Shown one piece after another: positions 40,201 through 52,292 of a stretch of 64,000 bases of DNA. The number at the start of each line of letters is the position of its first letter. The stretch's first letter is position 1. The notes beneath the pieces are model-generated. The model did no database searches, was not told the DNA's origin, and worked only from the letters and a program-made list of their open reading frames with translations. Origin of the DNA: Tubiluchus corallicola (Eukaryota > Animalia > Priapulida); contig JAQGDQ010000033.1 in assembly GCA_030141605.1 (NCBI GenBank), positions 186,001 to 250,000 on the forward strand. The letters are read 5' to 3'. Both the position numbers and the translations under genes were made by a program.

Positions 40201-43200
40201 TGCATATGTCACTCGCACAAACTTTACAGGAAGGCCAAACCACTTTTTCCAAAAATCTCATTTTTACATTCTGGTTAATCTGGTCTCTGGTTGGACAATA
40301 CTGGCATTCTCAGTTAATTGTTACACTGAATTTCAGGGCTGATTAAAAACACTAGGCCTCTTTCTGTTTTATGTCAGACAAATATTTTACAAAAGTATCA
40401 ATACATTAAATTCAGTATCACTAACATCATGTTACCAGAAATTTTCCTACAAAATAGAATACGTTTTTAAGCTCCTGCCAAGTTTAACACATATGGCTAT
40501 AAATTTGAACATGAACTATAATTCTTTGTAATTTTACAATTATTCTAGATAGTTGGGTTTTCAAGCAGAGGTTTTGCTGGACATTGGACAACTCATTACC
40601 TTGTGAAATTCTTCACTCCAGATGGATACTTCAAAATGGTAAGAAAAAAAGCATTGTGAAATATATCAATCAAACGCATTATCACTCTGTTAAAACTTGT
40701 AACAATACTGCAAATGCTACAACTTAGACTGTCTATCTAGCTTAACCTGTGCACTTCACATCAGCTCAGCTTAACAATGTTTGACATTAAATAATACAGT
40801 AGAACATTAAAGCGTTCATGCCAGAGATATTGCTGCAAGTAAAATAATCTTTGATACAGTAATATTGAAAAATTAGACATTGTAGACTGTAGTTGTGAGA
40901 CAAAACTAAGAGACAGTAACAATGCCAGGTATGATAGTGTGCACTATGAGGCAAATTGACAAGACAGTATTACACATAATACAGGATTGTTAAAACATTC
41001 CTACACATTACAGCTGCAAAGTTTCACAGGGCTGAATGAACTACTGCTTTCCACACACTCTCCAACTCGCAACAGCAGGACTCACCTAATGCTTTACCTT
41101 ATGGAAAGACTAAAGCCTATAACATTAGCAAAGATAACACTCTAAGCACAGGCACCGAACAGGTAGAGGAATAAATCTAGCTAAGAAACTAAATAGCTGT
41201 GCGCAGTATGACAGACAGGGTTTTGAGAAAAGATCTTCATTAGAAATCATATTGGCTGCAATTTACAATATCTTTAAATCTGCCTTTAGGAATTATCAAG
41301 CAACACAGATGACACCAATGAAAAAATACGCTATTTCACTCCAGTAGTAGCAAAGAAGCTGAGAATAACACCACTTGCAGCCATTAACAACCCTAATTTA
41401 TATCCACTACTGAGCATGAAGATTCACAGAGGCTCTGGTATGTATCAGCAAACATTGAGCTTTTAAATTGAAAAAATAAAATTAGTTGTTAATTTTTCAT
41501 TGCCGCATTAGCTCAAAAACATGCTCCCAAAGTAATACTTCCATTCCATTCCACTAATTAGCAATGAAAAAACAGTCCAAAAGCAATAAGTGATATGTCA
41601 TACACTGGAAATGTAAGAAAATGTATGACGTCAAAGACAAATGTCACTCTTGATTTGAATGCCAAGTGTTTTAAATACAAATCATTAAGGCAATTTACAT
41701 TGATAAAGCCGTATAAGTGAAACGTGTTGTAAAATTATCAGCTTTGATTCTGAATAAATTTTTTTTTTGTTAAAAACGATTTCGAATAATATCATTACCG
41801 GATTCATGTGTGTGTTTTCTAATACGTGTACTGAAGCGCGTTTTCTTACTGAAAAGTCTATTTCAAAAACTTGTATGTATAGTAAATGAGTTGTGAAAAC
41901 TAGCAGCCAACTTCCCACATTAAATTTCAGAACCATAGTTATTATTGTGCCAATAAAAGAATATAAAAAAGTAACGATCATACCTGAAGCAGAAGGCAAG
42001 CATAAAAGGACATGACGATTTTCGACTATTTCAAAACAACAAATTTAATGAACTACTTTCAATAGTCACAGCATAAAATTATTAAAAACTTTGTTGCTGT
42101 ACCTATAGAGGGTGTATCTGGTCGTATTCGCACTCCAGCCATCTGTGCAGGTGATCCACTTGACTTGAAGTGTCCGGAGGGCAGTGTACTTATTAACATT
42201 CAAATAATCACTACAAAAGACACAAAGGGGGCTATGTGTCCAAAACAAACTAGAAAAAGAAGGGATGTGGAATCATCACCAGAAGAATCAGAAAACAACT
42301 ACAACGGGTGGCGAAGCTGTGAAATTGAAAAACTTCCAATGCTACTAGAAGATCACCTTTCAGACACTTGTAATGGTAGGAAACAAGTACTACATTTTTT
42401 AATAAAGAATGCCTTAAACGTATACAAAACACATTTTAAATATTTAGACAAAGAAGGCTGATATTACATAAAAGGAGGATGCACTAGAAAATATTTTGAC
42501 TGAACACAAACAATTGTTCCTCAAGACAAACAAACACAGCAGACAACACAGCTATTACAGATAACGTAATGCTGGTGGTTTAATCTTGTGAAAAAAATCT
42601 AGTTTCTTTTCAGAGACAGTTTGTGTTTCACAGATAATTTTGCAAAATCGGCATATTATTAATATAATGTATCAAAAACCAACTAAATGCAAGCATCAGT
42701 CATTTGTACATGAAAACAAAAGTATAACAGTGTATAAATTTCTCCACTTAAAAGCAAATTATTTAAAAAGGTTAGCTGTTCATATACTTACCCGGGCCGT
42801 ACAAGACACGTATGGTTCACAGATAATGAGTAAATCCTATTTTTCGTAGATGTCCATGATTGTAGCATTACTGCATCAGGAATATCTGAGTTTGAAAAAA
42901 ACACATTTTGTTACAATGGAGGATTTTATCACCGCGCTTATTACACATGTGAACTGAAAGGTGTGTATCATTATTATTTTCAATGTCGAAATGAACACCA
43001 TTAGTCTAAACATATTTTCAACTACCTCTGATGGTAATGAAGTATATTTTATGCATTTTTCAATTCAGATCAAAGTGAATGGACCTTGTGGGGATCGTGG
43101 AGTCCATGTAACGTAGAATGTGGAACAGGATACAGTTTCCGAACTAAATACTGTATTGACGAAAATAAAGACAGCAGTTCTTGTTTAGAAGAAGGAGTGC

Positions 43201-46200
43201 ATAAGCAAGAATTAAAAACATGCAGTGGAAATGCATGCACAGGTAAAGCAATGAACAAACCACTAAATGTCTTCAAGGGTCTGACACAGAAGCAATGAAT
43301 TTTGCTTATAAAATTACATTATAATGATAAACCACAAAGCAATGCAAAATCCTGTCTGAACTATATGCAAGTTCCGGAAATTTGCATAACAATATACCAA
43401 CACATGGTGCAACCCTGTTTTGCCACCAAATTCTGTAAATTATTAAAAGCTGAAGTTGTTTTACCAATTGGTTCATATTTTCTCGTGCCTTGATTGTCAT
43501 TAAACCTAGCTGATTAAGAAATAACTAGTATCCCTGTGAAATTAAACTAGAAAGCTCATATAACTTATGAATAATTGGTGTAGTTGGGCAGGTGCAGATA
43601 GGCTGTACATTTGATAGCAATACCATGTGCAAGTTTTACCAAGACAAGGATGACCAGATTAATTGGATCACAAACAAAGTTTCAGGTGAGCAAGTTTTAT
43701 AATGTACATTGATTATTTCTAAACTTTCTAATTTCTATTGCTGTTTTTTCCTATTTCTAGTTTTACCATGAAACAAGAAAATACAACCAAAAATTCTACA
43801 TCAACTATGTAGCCTAAGGTTGTATACCATGCAGCCAAATAAAATGTTGTACTGTATTTAAGAATACTGTGAACCTAAGAATAAATAGTTCAAAGTTTGG
43901 AAAGTTTAATTCATGTTAATTTGGAAACTTAAAGAGCTAGACGCACAAAATACACAAAAGTAGGCACCTGTGGTAGGAGGCGGTTTCAATACAGTTGGAA
44001 GTTTCAATACAGTAGGCACCTGTGACAGGGAGCTTAAAAATGGTGTGGTAAACAGTGACCTCTGTCAACTTGGCACCATCCCTAACAATTTAGTCATACT
44101 AATAATCCACCGTAGTTAAGTGTAAACAAGGTGTCATGGCATTACGCTAGTGTATTTGGATTTGAATTCATTCAGTCTTGTTTTTGTTACACTTACAAAA
44201 ATGCATTCTTACAACCATTGTCATCTATTGAGTACTTTTTAACAATTTCCGATTACTAGGCCTATAATTGTTTTACGAGTCCAAATTTCAAAATCTCAGT
44301 AGTACTAACAATATAAGAAATTTAAAGAACGAAACATATATTGCTACCCAGTGCAAACATTAATTTTATTACTCATTATGATAATGATCACAAAAGTACT
44401 GATATAGCACGACCTAGTCATTTAGTGAAATATATGGTTGCTGAGCGTTGTTGCTTGAGACCATGCAGTTTCATACATGTATGTGCAACAATAAAAAAAG
44501 CATAAATGTCCAATATTTTTTCAGGTGAATCATCAGACACTCTCTATTTAACAAGTGCTATAGTAAGAGACGACTCACGAGCCAGGCTGTGGCTTGGGAA
44601 GGTCCATATGGTTCAAGAAGGAAGACAAGAAACAAAATGTCTTACATTCAAGTAAGAAATTTTTACAAGTGATGCTGCTCAGATGTCTACCCCCAAAAGT
44701 ATAAGAATCAGCCTCACTGGAACATTCAATAACAACTGTTTAAAGCTAAAATAACTCTTCTTTCTTTTGTTCAGTAGCAGATGCAGTGAAATTATTACAT
44801 CGCGTGCATCTGCAATGGTAACGACATTATGAGCACTAGATCCACTCCTTACAAGGCATAGAACTCAAAACGTTAACACAGTCAATCAACACTTGCCACT
44901 GTGACACTTACCATGTATTCTGTTGACACAAATTTCAGACACATATGCAAGCATAAACACAGTCTAGATTAGACATCAAATGCGACTCCCAGGGACTTTA
45001 AAAGATATGACTGCTAAAACAAAAAATTGACTTGTGCGAGTAATTGCAATGTTGAAATACTTTTCTACAGGTTATTTATATCAACAACAACAACAACAAC
45101 TGCGGGAGAGGTCCGGATCTATGATGCGAGTACAGATCCATTAATGAAAATGCCGATTTGGACATCAAAAAACGAGGTGTGGTATAATTCCTAATCTCAT
45201 ATTTTTGTCTACATACTATCTTATTTTTTTACAACATGGTAGTGTCAAACTCTTAATGTATTTTAAATTTTCTGCACATTTTTCTCAGTATTAATTATTA
45301 ATACTATTTTAATAATTAGGCATCTATTGTTAGGATTACTATGATGACCAGTTCGAACCAGTACCACTAAATGCATGGACTACAGTGAAAGTAGAATTCA
45401 CATACCAAGAATCAATGGAGGTATAATCAATAAGCAAATAACAGTTTCAAGAACATAGTTATCTAATGGTGCTAAATTAAAGAAAATTTCATAAACAGCT
45501 ATCCACTGATAACTCTAGCAAGTCTAAACACATTTATAAAGCAAGATTTGCCTAAATCTTGCAGTTCAAAAGTATAAATAGAACACTTTGGTACAGTAGG
45601 TGCCGCTTAATAGACTCACGGTTATCCTTCACCTACTTAAAATAAGATATTTGTATGTGACCAAAGAGCCTTTCCTACTTTTATTTCATCTTTACTTCCC
45701 TTTTGTGCACTATGTATGCAGAAACAATCATGTTAGGTACCGTTTTGTTTATAAGCAGGTGTGTTTATCGTGCGCTAATACGCTAGCATAGTGGCTTTGC
45801 TTTGAATCTGTTACCCGCTCGCCCACTGTTACTCAAAGAATTTCTGAAAGCTAAACATTTTGTCACTTGCCTAGCGGTTTCCTTTTGATGCTCTCATCGC
45901 GAATCACGCTTTCAGGCTTAATGAGTTAACAGTCAAAGATGCAGGTACAGTAATCAGTCCGTATTCCTTGTGACTTACAAGAGTAAACATCGTACAGCAA
46001 ATAAGAGCAATGTAAGTGAACAGACGATTCAGAACTGTTTTAGTCACGCACAACAGATTTTCGACGTTTTTATAATTACGAGAACTTTGTGGGCCAACTT
46101 TTTTGCGAGAAAATGAAGCAGCCGACTTTGAAGGAATTTTTGTAGTTTTCGCAAATAAACAGAAAAGTCTGTGATTTAGAAAAGTATACATTTTTATATA

Positions 46201-48479
46201 TTGCTAATTCACTTACATAAATTAATATTTTAAAATATTTTTTCTAATTTTTAAGTGCACAAAGGAATTTAGGCATTACTTCGTTTGTAAAATTCATTAA
46301 AAATATTTGCAATGCATAATAAGCTGGTGACTTATACTTCTATACCTGTAATACTACACCCATCGGTTAATTGGGTCAAAACACGTCGGTCCCAAAGTGA
46401 GTATATTAAGCGGCGCCTACTGTATTTGTATTCAATCTAGGTAGTAATAGTATACATATTTAATTACGTTTAATAATAATTAAATATACTTCTATTAAAA
46501 TCTTAAACAATTACACCACTAATGTTAATTTTGTTTAATGCCTGTATCAAATTTATTAAGTGTTGGGTCAAAGTAAAGTAATGAAAACTTAACATAATTT
46601 AATAATATTATCTGCACCGCGATAATTGAAAAAACATGTCACCTGACAGCAATTTATTTAATACTTTGTAAAAGCAATTATAATAAAATGCACACCTTTT
46701 CAATATCCTAAATAACTCAACTAGAACATCAGAACAAACTTACCTCCTGCCCCACAAATACATCCAGTATTATATGATATACCTTTGAATCTTGGAAAAA
46801 TTTTAAAATGAGTAGTAAAATGGTTCTGTTCTTAGGCAGTGCTTGAAGGTTACTACAAAAAAACATCTGATGACTCCGCAAACTACATTTCAATTGACGA
46901 TCTATTCATTTTGAATGGGCTATGTGATCCATCAGGTATATACTGCTTTTTGCAAAGTGCAAAATTATTATTAATTATGTTTAATTCATATGAAATTATT
47001 GCCTTGGAAACTCATAATATCACACGAGTGTACTGCGTGCTATATACTGGAAAGAAAGTTGAAATACGCTCCTTTCCTAAATTCTGCATGTCACTTCTGT
47101 GATTATCTATGATACAATAGCCTTTTTTATTTCAGATACTACAACACAGACTACCACTACTATGGCACCTACATCAAGCTTAACTACACCTACAACAACT
47201 TTGACAACTCACCCGAGCAAAAATACAATTCAAGAGTCAACTAATATGGTGACGACTGCCACACACTTAACAAAACCTATAACAACGCAACCAATCACAC
47301 AGAAGCTTACAAACACAGACCAAGATACTACACCACCAACAACAAAAGCAATATCAACAATAAACACTGTATTTACCAAAGCCCAAACTAGCCAGCCAAC
47401 CACACAGAGGTACACAACTAAGTTACAGCCTACTGCAGAACCAACAACAGAAACAATATCAACCACAAGCACTGAATCTACAACAACCCTAACAGTCCAT
47501 CCAAAAACAGAAAAGTATGCAACCAAGTTACAACCTACTACAGAAGAAACAGCAGAAGCAATGACAACTACAAGCACTGCATATACTAAAACCCAGACTA
47601 GCCAATCAGCCACACAGAAGTACACAACCAAGTTACAACCTACCACAAAAGCAACAACAGAAGCAATGCCAACCACAAGTACTGCCTTTATCACAACCCA
47701 GGCAATTGACACAAATAATGCAGTCACTGAAAAAACAAAAACAACGATCAGTCCAACAGAATCAACCACACAAGAGCAAAAGGCTAAACCTTCTACTAAA
47801 AAAGATTCGACAGAATCAAGTAGTTACTTTACTTTTGCCATCACTTCAACAGCTCCTCTAGACATAAGTATAACTTCACAAGCAGCAGAGACAAGTGAGA
47901 AAGCTGCAACAGCTGCCGACTCTGCAATACGAGATACAAACACAACGCAAACTACACAAGGGCAAATCACCAACAGTCCTCCTGATATTGAAGGGACAAG
48001 CCAAATAACAAGAACAGTTTTTACTGATTTTACTACAAATGCAGGCGTATCATCCACAGCAACTTTACCAACAACAAAAAAATCATATGATGAGCACAGC
48101 AAAGCTTCAACAATAGAAACAATCAAGTCAGGTACCACCTTATCGATTGGAACAACAATCACTACCTACCACATAACAGAAAAAGAGAATGATTCTGAAA
48201 CCATTGAAATAGAAACAGAATCCATAGCACAGGACAACAATTTGCAAACTACTGAACTAACCAAAACAACTAATGAAATTACGACTACAAACGATCTTCT
48301 AACTAGTGAAACGGAAGCAAACATTAACGTGACGATGGATGTTGGCACGAGCAGCAAAGATTCTTCAGTAAGTCAACAACAAATAACAACTGAGGGAAAC
48401 ACAGCAACTGTCGTAAAGAGCAGTGATTTTGGCTCTGCTTGGCAAATGACTCAAACCACAAAAGAAGATAATAGCGAGG
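34211..48479 (+). CDS. Large extracellular mosaic protein: signal peptide, unnamed N-terminal domain, F5/8C discoidin, SUEL lectin, TSP1, MAM, Thr-rich mucin; terminal exon unresolved
   Basis: Exons 34211-34213 (ATG), 34832-34904, 35108-35178, 36438-36572, 37103-37293, 37847-38052, 38936-38986, 39395-39624, 40549-40638, 41290-41437, 42109-42375, 42850-42960, 43069-43242, 43584-43685, 44525-44651, 45071-45176, 45334-45420, 46836-46935 and 47136-48479, with consistent phases (about 1205 codons). Motifs: QYIQFDL..IVGFSSRG..KLRITP (F5/8C), CAGDPLDLKCPEG..CN..C..YTC (SUEL), WTLWGSWSPCNVECGTG (TSP1), CTFD..ARL..CLTF..ISIDDL..GLC (MAM). Confidence 0.85.
38861..38902. repeat. 21-bp tandem duplication
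   Basis: AGGGCTATCATTTCCTAACAC occurs twice. Confidence 0.9.
45594..46422. mobile_element. Same MITE family, copy 2 (opposite orientation)
   Basis: TIRs CAGTAGGTGCCGCTTAATAGACTCAC and GTGAGTATATTAAGCGGCGCCTACTG with TA flanks. The internal sequence 46100-46400 is the reverse complement of roughly 21260-21560. Confidence 0.9.
47330..47705 (+). repeat. 105-bp (35-aa) coding tandem repeat in the mucin exon
   Basis: The KLQPT codons start at 47420, 47525 and 47630, exactly 105 bp apart. Confidence 0.85.
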
Positions 48480-48749
48480 GTAAGTATTTCAAGGTAACAA
48501 CAACCTGCAGTATACTACATTAAAAGGTAATAAAAGTAATTCTAGTTTAATGCCCATCTAAGCAACAGTTTGCAGGAAAATTGTTAAAGGTAATATGCCA
48601 ATTTTATCTAATGCATTTCCAATTTAAAGTTGTGTGCCAAGAATTTAAAATTGATGACTGATTGATTGAATTGCCCGAGATTTTCAATTTTGGCAATAGT
48701 ACAAATCTAAGTTAAACACAACTCAACTAGTACAAAGGTAAGTATTATT

Positions 48750-48899
48750 TAACGCACGAGTCAATTGTGCGGAGTCATATGAGTCAATTACCGATAATTT
48801 TTAAAGTATATTTGAATAGAAGCGGCTCGCTCCAGGCATTTTTGAGTCAATTAAGCGATTGAGTCAATTAACCGTGAGTCTATTAAGCGCCGCCTACTG
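48750..48899. mobile_element. Same MITE family, truncated single-end copy 3
   Basis: Matches 22090-22234, has repeated GAGTCAATTA subterminal motifs, and ends GTGAGTCTATTAAGCGCCGCCTACTG followed by TA. Confidence 0.85.
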
Positions 48900-51639
48900 T
48901 ACGTACAAATTTCTTTATCAGCTTATGAAATATCCAGAAGTAGGATACCTTTTCTTAGTTGAATTCTTTCCTTCAGACCATGAGTGGATTTTGTGTGATA
49001 GTGTGAAACTTCTAAAAATGAATAAATGAAAGTGAAAAAGAGAAGCCATTAGCTTAGACACAAAAATATTTAAAATTCTGTATTTGTGCAGGCATAGCAA
49101 ATGGTGGTTAAAGCAGTAGTGCAGCTTAATTTTTAAATGTGGTTTGGCTTTCACAGTTCATTATGTGTTGAGCATTTTCATGGAAAAGCCATTTATGAGG
49201 TATATAAACCGCTATGTCAACAAAATAACATAGAAGTGCTGTTACCAACGTGCTCTCTATTGGACGAAAGACAAAGCAAAAACTGTCCATAGTTAAGACA
49301 ACAAACTAAAATTACTAAGTGTGAGAGACATAGTTTCGACTACATACTACATACTACTGCACCTAATAAAGACTTTTTTAAACTTCAAAAGAATGTTCAA
49401 TGCATTAACACTAATAATTGTGACTGTTAACTGTACTGAATAGTGAACACCATCACGTGAAGTTAAAAAGTCACGGATTTGGTTCAGCGTTTTCATTGTA
49501 ATATTGTACTTTGTGTTATATTTAGTTTGAATTTAGTTGAATTATGTGGTATTACTGTTAAAGGTGTTTGGCTTTTTAAGTTATGTAATCATTTAAGTTA
49601 CCACTTATTATTAATTTTTGTTTTTTAAAGTAGGTTATTCTTAAACACTCATTTTAAAAGGTAATTTAGCAACTATAAAAGTCAATATAAACACACATTT
49701 AAAATAGAAAATTACAGGTATAAATTACATCAACTCCATTAATAATAATTTGCAACACAATCTAACTTAGGAGAAAACTATATAGGATGCTCGTGCTTGG
49801 TCAAGATCTCCGTGTGCCGCTGAGCTACATATCGAGCAAGGCGGTACACAGGGATGTTAAGCAAGTGCAGACGCTCCACTATCAGAGTTTTCGTATAAAA
49901 TAAAGACTGGACTGTGAGCAAAGCTGCACATGGTGAGCATTAGGACGCAAGAAAGCAAATGGTGTCCGTTTGGATGAAACTGAAAATCGTCATGTGCGCA
50001 AAACAACGTAGAAACAGCGAAAAGTTTTGTGCAGTTGCTTCTACTATTGGACAAAAAACGAAGCAAAAACCTGTCGGTAGCTGGAGCCACGTTACATATA
50101 ATTTTCTTCAAAATAAGGCGAGGGCAAAACTGAGTGAAGTGACACATTAAGCAGTGATAGCAATTTAATAGCAATTGGGTAACCCTGTCAGTAAAACTCT
50201 ACAGCAGTTGCTGATAAAAAAAACTTAAATGGTGGTTACTTGAAGCACTAACTAATGCTTCAAAACTGCAAATAATTAATATAAAATGTTATTTCAAATA
50301 ATGTAAAAATGAAAAACTAACATCTTAATAGCTTCTTAATATTTTCCTTGAAAATCAGAAAGCAACTTATAATTGCATTACATCAGACAGTTACAAACAG
50401 ATGTGTATTGCCCCACTATGAGGCATAAGGAAAGAAAGAACCATAGGCAAAAGCATATACCTTTTTTATGTAGGCGGATCTACAGTAATCGGTAATTGTA
50501 GTTTACTGGCAACATAATGCACAGCAAGATACATGGTGATATTAAGTAAGCATGACTGTTCACATAGCGTCAATGCAGATGCTATATGCAGTGTGGTCAG
50601 AAATGCATTACTGTAATCAACATTTTTTATAGTAACGAGTAGTGTGACACACCCTCTTGTAATCAGATTACTAGTTACTTATGCAATAGAGCTACTAAAT
50701 CTGTGTTACTTATCTATCCAAGAATAACATTTTAAACTTAGGCTGTTTTGATCATTCAAACTCCTTCCTTTTGTTTAACTCTGTAACACAACGTCTGTCT
50801 ATACACAGCAGTTTATTATTTTGCTCAAATAATGACCTTATTTGTCACTCGACTGTGTAATAAAAACTTCTACAGCTGTAGCTGATTGTTAAATAAACTC
50901 ATTGCTTGGTCGCATGCACATATTGTAGAACAATATAGGTAGCTCAGTAAAGCCTGGCCCAGTAAAGTACACGACTGAACGGCATGAACGCTATTGTGTG
51001 TGTGTTTGTTTGCAGCAGTTACGTGTGAAAGAAGGAGCTTTTGTCAAGTGGCAGTTCAGCCATTTCTTCACATTTGTAAATACTGAAAAACAAAACATAC
51101 AAATTGTTTCATTACACCTATGATTAGGAGACTATAGCTACAGCAGTCTGCACCAATAAGCTTTCCTAATAACTGATCAATAAAAATATTGCAGGAGTTT
51201 TGCTAGAAAATTGCTACTCAAACTACAACACAAAAGTAATCAGCAAGGGATTAAACTTTCTAAAAATAATCGGTATTTGATTACAATTTTCCCGAAGTAA
51301 TCAGTAATCATACCAAATAACTTTTCAAGAGACTTAGTGGAGAACCCAGTACTGGCTATAATAACATAATATGCTATTGCTGATCGCAACTTCAACAGAA
51401 CTTATATTACTAGTTATAATTAATCATAGGCCTACAGCTCTACAAATCAGATTTCACTTTTGTAATTTCTATATTTGCCATCATTTTTTGTTTTCAATTG
51501 AACTTGTTCTTTTTCTTTTTATATACCACCTCTTTTAGTTGTAAATTTTAAATAATAACTAGGCTGTGTTTATGACAAAGTCTTTGCTGGCTAGATCTTT
51601 GTCTCAAAATCATAATTTTGCTATTGCTAAATTCCCCAT

Positions 51640-52292
51640 GCTTGATTGCCTAGTAATTCCATTTTGTTGCAAACCCATTTTAGCACTTTTGCCCATATAT
51701 CATGTGACCTGGACATACCCACGTTTTGAAAAATTCTTAGTACATATCAACCCTTAACTGCCTACCCATACGTGCAATAACATAATACCTCTAATCCAAT
51801 ACTGTAAATGGAACTGAGTGACAAACTCACTCGTCCTAATTTCCACATTGTGGGTCCTGCTGATGTGACTTTGGGCCAGGTCGCCCTATACCGTGCTGTG
51901 GCTACCTATGTTAAGTGCCTACCCTGCAAGTTTCGTGATTCTAGCTCTTATGGAGTTATTGACCAGACCCCGTTTTGACACTTTCGCCTATGTCACATGA
52001 CCTGACCATGCCCACTTTTCGAAAAATACTTAATGCACATCTACTCAATATGCGGTTACCCTAAATATATATACATAAACTGTGACTCGTAGACCAATAC
52101 TGTAAGTCTGTATGAGTGTAAGAGGAGTTGAGTGACAACGTCCACACATGCATAAACATTGGCTCCTAACTCCGAACTTTCCTAGACTCCAATTTCCGAA
52201 AGAGTTAATGCACATCTACCCTACAGTACAGGGCCTAGATACTTGTGAAAAAAATTTGAATGTAACTCAAAGCTCTGGGAGGAGTTGAGGGA
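51640..52292. repeat. Non-autonomous repeat with about 3 degenerate internal units (HINE/Helentron-like by appearance)
   Basis: Recurring blocks CCCACxTTTxGAAAAAT..TTA.T.CA.ATC.AC, CCAATACTGTAA and GAGTTGAGTGACAA at about 51700, 52000 and 52200. Confidence 0.5.
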
